This document shows positions 48,234-58,881 of a stretch of 64,000 nucleotides of DNA, piece after piece (the stretch's first letter is position 1; each line of letters opens with the position of its first letter). The notes under the pieces were generated by a model. The model was not told where the DNA came from and ran no database searches. It was given only the letters and a program-made list of their open reading frames with translations. The DNA is from an uncultured delta proteobacterium (lineage in GTDB: Bacteria > Desulfobacterota > Desulfuromonadia > Geobacterales > Pseudopelobacteraceae). The translations under genes were made by a program, and so were the position numbers. The DNA is taken from the NCBI GenBank assembly GCA_963772835.1, contig CAVYYZ010000005.1:32001-96000 (forward strand). Reading direction: 5' to 3'.

Positions 48234-50155
48234 AAGAGCGTCGTTTTGTCCGGGAATTACTGGAGTCGAAACAGCGGATATTAGTACTCTCATTTGTGGT
48301 CGGAGTTCTATTCCTGTTTCTGGTGATACGGTTATTGCAACTACAGGTACTGAATGCTGACGATTATCGCACCATGTCTGAGAATAACCGTCTCCGCTTC
48401 GTACCGGTTGCCGCATCCCGCGGTGCAATAATGGACCGTACGGGCACTGTTCTGGTCAGTAACCGCCCTTCGTTCAGCCTTGCAGTCATACCGCAGGAGG
48501 TTACAGATAAAGATGCGCTCCTCACGTTACTCTCCCGTCTGCTGGGACTTGACCGGGCTGATATGGCCGAACGGTGGGAAAAGAATATGGGGCGCGCCAA
48601 GTACTATCCGATTGTTCTTGCCTCAAATATTACCCGCAACGACGTTGAGATCGTTGAAGAAAACCGTTTGCACCTACCAGGCATCGAAATTGAGATGAAG
48701 CCGGTTCGTGAATATATCAACGGCCAACTTGCTGCTCATCTGCTCGGGTACATAGGCGAAGTTTCTGAAAAGGAATTAGATACCGATGGTTTTGAGGATT
48801 ATAACCCCGGCGATTATATCGGTAAAAATGGTATTGAACGCGCTCTTGAAATGGATCTGCATGGCAGCGATGGCGGGCGGCAACTTGAAGTTGATGCTCG
48901 AGGCAGGGTGTTACGCACTGTATCTGAGAGTTATCCGACGGTCGGCAACAGTGTGGTGCTGACAATCGATGCGGCGGTCCAGAAACAGGCCGAACGGGCC
49001 TTTGGTGATCAAGCCGGTGCGGCAGTTGCACTGGATGTCAACAGTGGTGAAATTCTGGCATTCGTCAGTAACCCCGGTTTTGATCCTTCACTTTTCAGCG
49101 GGAAATTGCCGGCAGACATCTGGAAGGGATATCTTGACGACAAACGTCATCCTCTGGAAAATAAGGCACTCACCGGCCAGTACCCACCCGGCTCCACCTT
49201 CAAAATAATTACCGCACTGGCAGGACTGCAGGACAACAGGATAAATGATGCAACATCGATCACCTGCAACGGCAGTTACGTCCTGGGCACCTCGACGTTC
49301 AAGTGCTGGAACAGGAAAGGGCACGGGGCTACGAATCTGCGTAAGTCTCTTCGGGAATCGTGCGATGTATTTTATTATCAACTGGGAGAAAAACTGGGTG
49401 TGGACAAAATAGCAGCAGCAGCTCAGGCCTTCAAACTGGGGTCTCCTCTCGGCGTTGAGCTGCTGGATGAAAAGAGCGGGCTCATCCCGACAACTGAGTG
49501 GAAACTGAAGCGCTTCGGTAAAAAATGGTATCATGGCGAAACAATCCCGGTCGCAATCGGCCAGGGTGCAGTCCTTTTGACCCCTATCCAAATGGCTTCA
49601 ATGACGGCAACGGTTGCCAATGAAGGCACTATTTACCGCCCCCATCTTGTAAAGAAAATAGTGGATGCAGACGGCAAAATGCTCCGTGAAACAAAAACCG
49701 AGATCATCGGGACCACCCCCTTTTCCAAAGAGTCTTTCAGGCTCGTCAAGCTGGGAATGCTGGATGTAGTCAATGCCCCCGGGGGTACCGGTGGTGCCGC
49801 CAGACTGTATGATGTCAAAGTTGCTGGGAAAACAGGTACATCACAGGTTGTAAAACTGGGAGGGAGCAAATCCGGCACAGCATACCGGTTCCGTGACCAT
49901 GCCCTGTTTGTTGCCTTTGCACCTTTTGAAAAACCGGAAATTGCAGTCGCTGTCGTCATTGAACATGGAGAACACGGGGGAGCAGCCGCGGCTCCAATTG
50001 CGGGCAGAATATTACGGGCTTATTTTGACGGCAAAAAACCACCCGTCAGGGGAGCAGGCACGTCGACAGAGTCTGTTGGTGAGACCACTGAAGAAAACGG
50101 TGAGCCGGCTGCCATAAAAGAGCCACGCGTCAGTGAAGGTGCTGCTCATGATTGA
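48230..50155 (+). CDS. mrdA: Penicillin-binding protein 2
   Basis: RGAIMDR, STFK, SCD and KTGT motifs. Confidence 0.95.
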   Translation: MKERRFVRELLESKQRILVLSFVVGVLFLFLVIRLLQLQVLNADDYRTMSENNRLRFVPVAASRGAIMDRTGTVLVSNRPSFSLAVIPQEVTDKDALLTLLSRLLGLDRADMAERWEKNMGRAKYYPIVLASNITRNDVEIVEENRLHLPGIEIEMKPVREYINGQLAAHLLGYIGEVSEKELDTDGFEDYNPGDYIGKNGIERALEMDLHGSDGGRQLEVDARGRVLRTVSESYPTVGNSVVLTIDAAVQKQAERAFGDQAGAAVALDVNSGEILAFVSNPGFDPSLFSGKLPADIWKGYLDDKRHPLENKALTGQYPPGSTFKIITALAGLQDNRINDATSITCNGSYVLGTSTFKCWNRKGHGATNLRKSLRESCDVFYYQLGEKLGVDKIAAAAQAFKLGSPLGVELLDEKSGLIPTTEWKLKRFGKKWYHGETIPVAIGQGAVLLTPIQMASMTATVANEGTIYRPHLVKKIVDADGKMLRETKTEIIGTTPFSKESFRLVKLGMLDVVNAPGGTGGAARLYDVKVAGKTGTSQVVKLGGSKSGTAYRFRDHALFVAFAPFEKPEIAVAVVIEHGEHGGAAAAPIAGRILRAYFDGKKPPVRGAGTSTESVGETTEENGEPAAIKEPRVSEGAAHD

Positions 50156-51248
50156 TCGGCGGCTCCTGACCAATATTGACTGGGTACTCGTCGGGTTGTC
50201 TGTGGCTGTCTGCCTGCTCGGAATTCTGAATATCTACAGTGCAACATCTCCATACAAAATCGTCGGCACCGAGTATTATATCAAACAAATGTACTGGATT
50301 TTGGTAGGTATAACCATATCACTTGCAGTATGCAGCATTGATTATCACATCCTGGAAGATATATCCTATTGGCTGTATGGCTTCCTTGTATTTCTGCTGA
50401 TTGCGGTGCTCGTTGTCGGCAGGACATCTATGGGAGCTACCCGCTGGCTGAATCTCGGTTTTTTCAACATTCAGCCGTCAGAGCTCATGAAAATCATCAT
50501 CATTGTGACGTTCGCCCGGTTTTTTAACAATTACCAAACTGTCGGAGGCCTGTCGGTCCGGGACGTACTTATTCCCTTGAGCATGCTTGCGCTTCCGGCA
50601 GCGCTGATTATGAAACAGCCGGATTTGGGGACCGCCACTCTGGTCATACTGATCGCTTTATCAATGGTCATGTACGTCGGCTTGCGCTGGTCAACCATTG
50701 CGACCTTTGTCTGCATTACGATTCCAATGTCGTGGGTGGGGTGGGTTTTTCTGCTACGCTCGTATCAGAAAAACCGTATTCTCGATTTTTTAAACCCTGA
50801 ACGTTCACGGCTCGGAAGCGGATACCATATCATACAGAGCAAAATTGCGGTCGGTTCAGGAGGCATTACCGGCAAAGGTTTTGTCAAAGGGACCCAGTCC
50901 CAGCTCCGTTTTCTCCCCGAGCAGCACACCGATTTCGCTTTCTCTGTATTTGCCGAGGAGTGGGGATTTATCGGCTGTCTGGTGCTGATCGTTATGTACC
51001 TCTCACTGGTGCTGTGGGGGCTCAACATAGCCCGGCGCTGCAACGACCGGTTCGGCGGACTGCTCGCAGTAGGCGTAACTGCCATGCTTTTCTGGCATAT
51101 CGTCATCAACATCGGGATGGTGATCGGCATATTTCCGGTAGTTGGTGTACCCCTGCCGTTTTTTTCCTACGGAGGCACTTCCATGATCACATCGATGGTA
51201 GGAATCGGGCTTCTACAGAACATCAGCATGCGACGTTTTATGTTCTGA
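50148..51248 (+). CDS. rodA: Rod shape-determining protein RodA
   Basis: QPSELMK, QPDLGT, LPEQHTDF and LPFFSYGG. Confidence 0.95.
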   Translation: MIDRRLLTNIDWVLVGLSVAVCLLGILNIYSATSPYKIVGTEYYIKQMYWILVGITISLAVCSIDYHILEDISYWLYGFLVFLLIAVLVVGRTSMGATRWLNLGFFNIQPSELMKIIIIVTFARFFNNYQTVGGLSVRDVLIPLSMLALPAALIMKQPDLGTATLVILIALSMVMYVGLRWSTIATFVCITIPMSWVGWVFLLRSYQKNRILDFLNPERSRLGSGYHIIQSKIAVGSGGITGKGFVKGTQSQLRFLPEQHTDFAFSVFAEEWGFIGCLVLIVMYLSLVLWGLNIARRCNDRFGGLLAVGVTAMLFWHIVINIGMVIGIFPVVGVPLPFFSYGGTSMITSMVGIGLLQNISMRRFMF

Positions 51249-51462
51249 TTGGTTATATGCCAGTATAACCTCGCCGCGTATGTGATCGTGTGGAAATTGT
51301 ACCGGATTTTCCGGGAAGATGATGAGGGGTGTAATAATCAGTCAGTTAAGTAATTGCGCCGATGTGAGTATCATGCTATAAACTCCGGTGCTTTTTGTGT
51401 AACAAATATACGTTTTTACAAAATAAATATCCCTGCAGTAAAAACGTTACAGAGTAAAATAA

Positions 51463-51623
51463 GTTCCTCGTTAGAATGAGGCGTTTGCACAAACAGATGC
51501 TACTACCCAGAAACGTCGAAAGACGCCAATGCGGTTACCAGGTTTTGCCGGATTAAGGCTTAACCCAATGTAGCTGGATTCAAGCCTACGTTGTGCACTG
51601 CCGAAAGTCAACCAGGGGGGAAA
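51463..51623 (+). ncRNA. M-box (ykoK) Mg2+ riboswitch aptamer
   Basis: Conserved blocks CGTTAG..TGAGGC, GTCGAAAGACGCCAATG, TAAGG, GTAGCTGG and TGCCGAAAG upstream of Mg transport genes. Confidence 0.9.
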
Positions 51624-51643
51624 TGGTTATATTGCGTCTTTTC

Positions 51644-51678
51644 AAAGGCCCTTTTCTTCCCGAATGGGTCTTTTTTTT
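51644..51678 (+). terminator. Riboswitch expression-platform terminator
   Basis: AAGGCCC...GGGTCTT stem with a T8 tract just before the CDS. Confidence 0.75.
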
Positions 51679-51695
51679 GTAAGAAGGTTTGAATT

Positions 51696-52958
51696 ATGGC
51701 AATTGAAATCAACGAAATCTACCTCAGTTCGGTTATTGGCCGGTCGGTGATTAACAGTAAAGGCGACCAGATCGGGATCCTGCGTGACCTTATCATGGTT
51801 CCGGGTGAAGTATTCCCCGAGGTTTCCCACATCGTAATAAAATCGCGTAAAGGTTTAAAAACCCTTCCATGGAGTGAGGTTACTCTCTTTACCCACGTGG
51901 TGATTTCAACCGGGAGCATCAAACCGCACGGTCTGGACTCCTATCAGCCCGATGAAGGTGATATTCTCGTCAAGCGTGACCTGCTCGACAAGCAGATAGT
52001 TGATGTGAACGGCGCGAAAGTCGTCCGGGTTAACGATATAAAACTCGGCATGCTGGACCAGAAACTCTGTATATTTTCGGTAGATACCGGTTTCAGAGGA
52101 TTGCTCAGACGTCTTGGGTATGAACGTTTTGGAGAACGGTTTTCCCACGTGCTCAAGCGCGAGATTCCGCACAGTGAAATCAGCTGGGAATATGTACAGC
52201 CACTGGAAGCGAATTCATCGAAACTGGCGCTCAACATTGCCCGCAACCAGATGAACGAAATGCACCCGGCCGATCTCGCCGACATTATTGAAAACATTCC
52301 CATTCAGAACATCCGTACGGTACTGGATACAATCGATGCCGAGACTACCGGCGACACCATTTACGAGCTTGAAGCAGACATGCGTAATGTGGTCATCAGC
52401 CAACTGAATGACGAACAGGTAACCGACATACTGGAAGAGATGGAACCGGATGAGGCTGCCGACGTACTCTCTGACCTTCCTGAAGGCAAGGCTCAGGAGC
52501 TTCTGGATATGATGGACCAGGAGGATGCTGAAGATATTCAGGAACTTTTGGAACATGAAGAGGATTCGGCCGGCGGATTGATGACGCCGGATTACTTCCG
52601 GCTTTCCTCCAGGATTACGATTGGCCGGGCATTAGAGATTTTGAAAGGGTGTGCAAACGATGTTGAAACAATCTATTACGGCTATATAGTCGATTCCGAT
52701 GACCGGTTGGAGGGTATTGTATCCCTCAAGCAACTGTTGATGAATCCTCCGGAAACTCATATTACTGACGTCATGGAAGAGAACATTAAATTCGTTCACG
52801 TTGACGCCGAACCGGAAGAGATTCTCGAAACGCTGGCAAAGTATGACCTGATTGCAGTCCCCGTTCTGGACTCTGACGATCGCATGGCCGGCATAGTCAC
52901 TGTGGACGATGTCCTTGCCCACTATCTGCCGCAAATAATCAAGATCAAACGGCGCTAG
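51696..52958 (+). CDS. Soluble PRC-barrel / MgtE N-terminal / CBS domain protein
   Basis: DLLDKQIVDVNG.KVVRVND, MHPADLAD, SAGGLMT and GIVTVDD. No TM segments. Confidence 0.9.
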   Translation: MAIEINEIYLSSVIGRSVINSKGDQIGILRDLIMVPGEVFPEVSHIVIKSRKGLKTLPWSEVTLFTHVVISTGSIKPHGLDSYQPDEGDILVKRDLLDKQIVDVNGAKVVRVNDIKLGMLDQKLCIFSVDTGFRGLLRRLGYERFGERFSHVLKREIPHSEISWEYVQPLEANSSKLALNIARNQMNEMHPADLADIIENIPIQNIRTVLDTIDAETTGDTIYELEADMRNVVISQLNDEQVTDILEEMEPDEAADVLSDLPEGKAQELLDMMDQEDAEDIQELLEHEEDSAGGLMTPDYFRLSSRITIGRALEILKGCANDVETIYYGYIVDSDDRLEGIVSLKQLLMNPPETHITDVMEENIKFVHVDAEPEEILETLAKYDLIAVPVLDSDDRMAGIVTVDDVLAHYLPQIIKIKRR

Positions 52959-52975
52959 CAGCGCGGATTTCAATT

Positions 52976-54274
52976 ATGTTCAACAGTATTTCACAATTCA
53001 GATTCCTGAAACCGCTCAAAAGCTTCAGCCCCCGAAATGTCATGATTTTTCTGGCAATCCTCGGGCCGGGTATCATCACCGCCAATGTGGATAACGATGC
53101 CGGCGGCATAACCACCTATTCACTGGCCGCGGCCAACTATGGCTATTCTATCCTCTGGATGATGATACCTACCACCATTGCGCTGGTAGTGGTTCAGGAG
53201 ATGTGTGCCCGCATGGGTGCTGTCACCGGCAAAGGCTTGTCCGACCTCATCCGTGAATCATTCGGAGTAAAGGTCACCTTTTACGTCATGATCGCCCTGC
53301 TGCTGACCAATATGGGTAATTCCATCTCCGAATTTGCCGGAATTGCCGCAAGTCTTGAAATATTTGGCATCAGCAAATACATTTCTGTGCCGATCTGCGC
53401 AATCCTTGTCTGGCTGCTTATCGTCAAGGGATCCTACAAGGTTGTGGAAAAGGTGTTCCTTGTCGCCTGTCTGGTCTATATCGCCTATCCTATCGCCGCC
53501 TTCATGGCCGGACCGGACTGGACTGTCGTCATGAAGGCGACAATCACACCGACATTCAAAACAGACAGTGCCTACCTGATGACACTGATAGGTATTGTCG
53601 GAACGACCATCGCACCCTGGATGCAGTTCTATCAGCAGGCGGCGGTTGTTGAAAAGGGCATCACAGCCGACCAGTACAATTTTTCGAAAGTAGATGTTAT
53701 CTTCGGCTGCATCATGGCCATCGTAGTGGCATTTTTTATGATGGTGGCCTGCGCATCAACCATCCACCTGCATGGATTGAAGATAGAAACCGCAGCCGAT
53801 GCAGCAATGGCGTTGAAGCCGCTGGTCGGCCAATACGCTTCCTCGCTGTTCGCATTCGGCCTTTTCAACGCCTCGCTCTTTGCCGCCTGTATCCTGCCGC
53901 TATCCACGGCCTACTACATCTGCGAAGGTATGGGGTGGGAATCGGGGGTTAACAAGGACTTCGAACAGGCACCGCAGTTTTTCTGGCTCTTTACAATAAT
54001 CATCGTCATTAGCGCCGGACTGATCCTGATCCCGAATGCACCGCTCATGACAATCATGTTCATTTCGCAGGTCGTCAACGGAGCGGTACTCCCCTTCGTG
54101 CTGTTATTCATGCTCAAGCTTATTAACGACAAAAATCTGATGGGGACCTTTGTCAATGGCCCGGTGTTCAACATCATTGCCTGGTTCACCGTCGTAACCA
54201 TGATTTCACTGACGATTATCATGACAACCGACATGGCGTTTCCGGGACTTATCAAACGACTAATGACTTTTTGA
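52976..54274 (+). CDS. NRAMP-related divalent metal (probably Mg2+) transporter
   Basis: LGPGII...DNDAGG in place of DPGN; GTTIAPW; ~11 TM segments. Confidence 0.9.
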   Translation: MFNSISQFRFLKPLKSFSPRNVMIFLAILGPGIITANVDNDAGGITTYSLAAANYGYSILWMMIPTTIALVVVQEMCARMGAVTGKGLSDLIRESFGVKVTFYVMIALLLTNMGNSISEFAGIAASLEIFGISKYISVPICAILVWLLIVKGSYKVVEKVFLVACLVYIAYPIAAFMAGPDWTVVMKATITPTFKTDSAYLMTLIGIVGTTIAPWMQFYQQAAVVEKGITADQYNFSKVDVIFGCIMAIVVAFFMMVACASTIHLHGLKIETAADAAMALKPLVGQYASSLFAFGLFNASLFAACILPLSTAYYICEGMGWESGVNKDFEQAPQFFWLFTIIIVISAGLILIPNAPLMTIMFISQVVNGAVLPFVLLFMLKLINDKNLMGTFVNGPVFNIIAWFTVVTMISLTIIMTTDMAFPGLIKRLMTF

Positions 54275-54289
54275 ATCGGTGTATGGCCA

Positions 54290-54334
54290 AACGTACTGAG
54301 GCCCGCCGGATATTCCGGCGGGCCTCAGTACGTT
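54290..54334. terminator. Long perfect hairpin between convergent genes
   Basis: AACGTACTGAGGCCCGCCGGA-TAT-TCCGGCGGGCCTCAGTACGTT (21-bp stem). Confidence 0.75.
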
Positions 54335-54351
54335 CATTTCTCCGCTATGAT

Positions 54352-54888
54352 CTATTTTTTCATTTCCACGACGATTCCGGCTTTGCGAACCATCTCAATC
54401 AGCTCGGTGTAATTTTTATATTTTTGATCATAGGCTTCCCGACTGTTGTCATATTCCTTTTTCAATACGTCGAATTGAATTCTTGAGATTCCATTCGCAT
54501 CATAGATCTGCTTCCTCAACTGCTCCATGTGCTGTTCAATACCGCTTAACTCCGCTTCCATGCCATCCATTTCCCTGCGCCATTCAGCACGGCTTTTGCC
54601 GCCATACATCTCTTTTCCATCACCCTGAACGACAGCACTCTTCGTATCAGTCTTTTCTGCCGGGCGGAGCCCGTTCCCGGCTGCCGGAGACGTCTGCCGG
54701 CTGACATCAGGCGGCAGGTCATCGCGTCGTTTCACTTTCTTCCGGTACTTCTTCGGAACCTTTGAATAATCTTCGGTGTAGTTGTAGGTGCCGCTGTCGT
54801 CAACCCACGAAAAGGTTTCGGCATGGAGCGGCGACGCAAGCATCAGAATGAAACCAAGAAATATGATTGTTATCATAGACCCCACCAT
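54352..54888 (-). CDS. DUF4124-domain exported protein
   Basis: Signal peptide, WVDDSG..NYTED...VP.KYR and a C-terminal coiled coil. Confidence 0.8.
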   Translation of the reverse strand: MVGSMITIIFLGFILMLASPLHAETFSWVDDSGTYNYTEDYSKVPKKYRKKVKRRDDLPPDVSRQTSPAAGNGLRPAEKTDTKSAVVQGDGKEMYGGKSRAEWRREMDGMEAELSGIEQHMEQLRKQIYDANGISRIQFDVLKKEYDNSREAYDQKYKNYTELIEMVRKAGIVVEMKK

Positions 54889-54891
54889 GCC

Positions 54892-55236
54892 CTAACCTGG
54901 AGGCCAGACAAATTCACGACCTGCCAGCAGGTGAAAGTGAATATGAAACACCGACTGGCCCGCCCCCGTCCCGTTATTCTGCACGATGCGGAAACCGGCG
55001 GCGGAGAACCCCTTCTCACGGGCGATGTCCCCTCCCTTCCGGAAGGCATAGCCGACCAGCGCGTCATCATGTGCGGACATATCAAGACAGTTAATGAAAT
55101 GTTTTTTCGGCAGCAGCAGCAGATGGAGAGGCGCCTGTGGAGTAATATCCTCGATAACGAGCAGTTGCTCGTCTTCAAACACCTTCTTTGCCGGAATTTC
55201 ACCACGAATAATTTTGCAGAAAATACAGTTGTCCAC
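54892..55236 (-). CDS. HIT family nucleotide-binding protein (in frame with upstream tlyA)
   Basis: GTG at 55236 after GGAGGG. CIFCKI, AGQSVFHIHFH and WPPG. Confidence 0.9.
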   Translation of the reverse strand: MDNCIFCKIIRGEIPAKKVFEDEQLLVIEDITPQAPLHLLLLPKKHFINCLDMSAHDDALVGYAFRKGGDIAREKGFSAAGFRIVQNNGTGAGQSVFHIHFHLLAGREFVWPPG

Positions 55237-55986
55237 GTTACCCTCCGCTTCCGGCTTTTGCAGCAGTATCAAAAATTCACGGTTGCCATCCGCACCGGTT
55301 ATGGGTGACTCACACAGTCCAGAGACCGTTAGCCCAAGATCTGATGCGGTATGGCGGATATCTTCGATAACTTTTTCATGGGCTGCGGGGTCTCGCACTA
55401 CCCCCCCCCTCCCGACTTCACCCTTTCCCACTTCAAACTGGGGTTTGATCAGAGCTATGATGCGACCACCCGGAATCAGCAGAGACAACGTAGCGGGGAG
55501 GACCTTGGCCAACGAAATAAACGAAGCATCCACTACTGCCAGCGCCGGTTCAGCGTCAAGCTGATCCGGGGTCACGTAGCGTATATTGGTCTTCTCCATA
55601 CTGACGACGCGGGGGTCCCGCTGCAGTGCCCAGGCAAGTTGTCCATAGCCGACGTCAACGGCAAAAACCCTGGCGGCCCCTGCCTGCAGCAGACAGTCGG
55701 TAAAGCCGCCGGTTGACGAACCAACATCGACAGCAACCAATCCCTTCACATCGATACAGAATTCGTCAAGCGCCTTACGCAACTTGAGTCCGCCCCGACT
55801 GACATACGGGAGAGATTCCCCCCTGAGACGGATTTCAGAATCGGTCAGGACCTGTTGACCGGCCTTATCAACCGTGTGGTCTCCTACCACCACTTTGCCG
55901 GCCATCACCAATGCCCGTGCCTTCTCAATCGATGGAGACAGGCCGCGCTCAACCACCAGGCTGTCGAGGCGCTGTTTTTTTGCCAT
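55237..55986 (-). CDS. tlyA: TlyA family RNA methyltransferase (no stop before HIT in this sequence)
   Basis: RLD S4 domain, YVSRGGLKL, DVGSSTGGFTD, LIKPQFE and SPITG.DGN.EF. Confidence 0.92.
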
Positions 55987-56534
55987 TACTCAACAAGTTC
56001 CGACTTAACGAAGAGCGCTCTCAGCCAGTACCCTTCCGCCTCGATGCTTTCGCGACCACCCTCTTCGCGATCCACCAGCGTCACAATACCAAGCACCACC
56101 AGCCCCTCTTCCTCAGCACGGCGAACCGCCTTCATGGAGGAGCCTCCGGTGGTAACAACATCCTCCACGATGATAACCCTGGTCCCGGGAGGAAGGTTTT
56201 TGCGACCTTCCAGCCACTGGCCGGTACCATGCCCTTTTGGTTCCTTGCGGATGATGAAGGCGTGCAGACTCGCGCCGTCCAGATGAGCGGCGATCGACGT
56301 TGCCGTGGCAATCGGATCAGCTCCAAGTGTAATGCCGCCAACCGCCTGAACCCCTTCGACATCCTTGATGGCCTCATAGAACAGTTTGCCGACCAGAAAA
56401 CCGCCTTCAGCGTGCAGTGTGGTCTGTTTGCCGTCAAAGTAAAAATCGCTTTGCCGACCGGAAGCCAGTGTCACCAGACGTTTTTCGTATGACAACTCCA
56501 GGATTATTTTCTTTAATTGATCGCGATCACTCAT
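55986..56534 (-). CDS. pyrE: Orotate phosphoribosyltransferase
   Basis: [20 protein letters not shown] and [10 protein letters not shown]. Confidence 0.95.
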   Translation of the reverse strand: MSDRDQLKKIILELSYEKRLVTLASGRQSDFYFDGKQTTLHAEGGFLVGKLFYEAIKDVEGVQAVGGITLGADPIATATSIAAHLDGASLHAFIIRKEPKGHGTGQWLEGRKNLPPGTRVIIVEDVVTTGGSSMKAVRRAEEEGLVVLGIVTLVDREEGGRESIEAEGYWLRALFVKSELVE

Positions 56535-57954
56535 GTTTCGTCTGCTCCTCTTCGAATAATCCCATCTGCGGAATATCCACAGGTTTGGGGAATGCAACCG
56601 GGTAATCCCCGGCAAAACAGGCTTTGCAATAATGGGTGTTGCCATGGCCGATTGACGAAATCAACCCCTCTTCGGACAGATACCCGAGAGTGTCAGCGGT
56701 AACATAGCGGCAGATTTCATCTATCGTATGAGAAGAAGAGATCAGTTCCTTACGGTTCGGTGTATCTATACCGTAGTAACAGGGATAGCTGGTAGGAGGT
56801 GATGAAATCCTTAGATGCACTTCACTTGCCCCGGCATTGCGCACCATTTTTACAATCTTTCGTGAGGTGGTACCGCGGACGATAGAGTCGTCAATCACGA
56901 CAACCCTTTTCCCTTTCAGCAGTTCCCTCACCGGATTAAGCTTGATTTTGACTCCGAAATGCCGAATGGACTGAGCCGGCTCGATGAACGTCCGGCCGAC
57001 ATAATGATTGCGGATCAATCCCAGTTCGAACGGAATGCCGGATTCCTCGGCATACCCCATGGCAGCCGGCACACCGGAGTCAGGCACAGCGATCACGACA
57101 TCGGCATCAACCGGATACTCACGTGCCAATTGCCGGCCCAGCTCTTTGCGGGCAAGATAAACATTCCTGCCGAATATGTATGAATCGGGGCGGGCAAAAT
57201 AGACAAATTCGAAAATGCAGGGGGTCGGTTCGATCTCTTTAAACGGGAAAAACGATTTTACGCCACCGTCTTTGGTACAGAGGATCATTTCACCCGGCTC
57301 GATTTCACGGACAAAGTCAGCTTCAATCAGATCCAGGGCGCAGCTTTCAGAGGCAACAACCCAGGCGTCACCCAGTTTACCGAGACATAACGGACGGAAT
57401 CCGTTCGGATCACGTACGGCAATCATGCGGGTTTCTGTCAGAAACACCAGACAGTAGGCGCCCTGGATCCTCTTCAGCGCATCAGTAATGCGGTCGACAA
57501 GTGAGTTGGTCTTGGACGCGGCAATAAGATGGATAATTATTTCTGTATCCATCGTCGTCTGGAAAATCGAGCCGTAGGCTTCCAGTTCCGCCTTCAGCAG
57601 TTGTGCATTGACAAGGTTACCGTTGTGGGCAACCGCAATCGAACCGCGAGAATAATCCACCATGATTGGCTGGACGTTCTTTTCCACCGAGGCTCCGGCA
57701 GTCGAATAGCGGACATGCCCGATCGCCGATTTACCCGGCAGTTTTTTGAATACGTCAGGATTGCTGAATACATCCGCGACCAGACCCATCCGTTTGTGAG
57801 CATGCAGAGAGTCGCCGTCCGAGGAGACGATGCCGCAGCTTTCCTGTCCGCGATGCTGAAGGGCATACAGCCCCAGATAGGTCAGATTTGAAGCTTCCGA
57901 ATGATTATAAATTCCAAAAACGCCGCATTCTTCTTGAGGACGGGATAACTTCAT
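56527..57954 (-). CDS. purF: Amidophosphoribosyltransferase
   Basis: EECGVFG, QHRGQE, GHVRYST, VPDSG and DDSIVRGTT. Confidence 0.97.
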   Translation of the reverse strand: MKLSRPQEECGVFGIYNHSEASNLTYLGLYALQHRGQESCGIVSSDGDSLHAHKRMGLVADVFSNPDVFKKLPGKSAIGHVRYSTAGASVEKNVQPIMVDYSRGSIAVAHNGNLVNAQLLKAELEAYGSIFQTTMDTEIIIHLIAASKTNSLVDRITDALKRIQGAYCLVFLTETRMIAVRDPNGFRPLCLGKLGDAWVVASESCALDLIEADFVREIEPGEMILCTKDGGVKSFFPFKEIEPTPCIFEFVYFARPDSYIFGRNVYLARKELGRQLAREYPVDADVVIAVPDSGVPAAMGYAEESGIPFELGLIRNHYVGRTFIEPAQSIRHFGVKIKLNPVRELLKGKRVVVIDDSIVRGTTSRKIVKMVRNAGASEVHLRISSPPTSYPCYYGIDTPNRKELISSSHTIDEICRYVTADTLGYLSEEGLISSIGHGNTHYCKACFAGDYPVAFPKPVDIPQMGLFEEEQTKHE

Positions 57955-57980
57955 AGGTTAAGACTCCACGTGGTATTGGA

Positions 57981-58808
57981 TCAGACCAGGTTATTTCTAA
58001 CATACTCGGCGGCATTTTTATACAGTATCAAACCATCACCCTCTTCCGGCAGATTCTCTCTCGTCCAACGGGGGTGCTGGGTATAATGAACAAACGCCTC
58101 AGGATGCGGCATCAACCCCATCAGGCGGCCGGTCGGGTCACTGAGAGCTGCAATGGAATGTATTGAGCCGTTAGGGTTGGCCGGAAACTCCATCGTCGCC
58201 CGGGCATACCCTGCATCGCTGTAGCGCAGCACAGCCAGATGACCGGATTCAATTCGTGCCAGTGTTGCATCGCTATCACAGAGAAACTTTCCTTCTCCAT
58301 GACGCACAGGCAGATATATGCCACCGTCTATTCCGCTGGTGAATACACTGGGCGAGTCGGGATCAACCTTCAGGTACGTCCAGCGATCCTGAAAACGGCC
58401 GCAGTCGTTATGAGTCAGTGTGACCGTCTGGTGCAGATACTCATTGTCGAATCCCGGCAGCATCCCCATTTTCACCATAAGCTGAAAGCCGTTACAGACT
58501 CCCAGGATCAGCTTGCCGCCGGCTATAAACCGGGTGAACTGGTCAACCAGTTTTTCATGACTGCCGGCAACTGAGGCATTTTTCAAGCGATTGGCCTGAG
58601 CCTTGGCACTTCCAAGATCATCACCATCGAGAAAACCTCCAGTCAGATTGAGAAAATGAAAGCCGTCCAGACGTATCTCACCGGAGAGAATCTCGGCGAT
58701 ATGGGCGATTACGGTCTCATCGAAGCCGCCGAGGCGGCAGGCATGGGCCGCCTCCATCTCGCAGTTGGTGCCGTTGCCGGTAATGACTATTGCGCGTGTC
58801 TGTTTCAT
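57981..58808 (-). CDS. purQ: FGAM synthase glutaminase subunit
   Basis: G.NCE, GGF..GD, GVCNGFQ and MPHPE. Confidence 0.94.
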   Translation of the reverse strand: MKQTRAIVITGNGTNCEMEAAHACRLGGFDETVIAHIAEILSGEIRLDGFHFLNLTGGFLDGDDLGSAKAQANRLKNASVAGSHEKLVDQFTRFIAGGKLILGVCNGFQLMVKMGMLPGFDNEYLHQTVTLTHNDCGRFQDRWTYLKVDPDSPSVFTSGIDGGIYLPVRHGEGKFLCDSDATLARIESGHLAVLRYSDAGYARATMEFPANPNGSIHSIAALSDPTGRLMGLMPHPEAFVHYTQHPRWTRENLPEEGDGLILYKNAAEYVRNNLV

Positions 58809-58881
58809 TGCTTCCTGTTCTCCTTTTTTCTCAAAACCTGACGAACGACATGCAGTATAGAGTGGTGTGATCAAATCTTTT

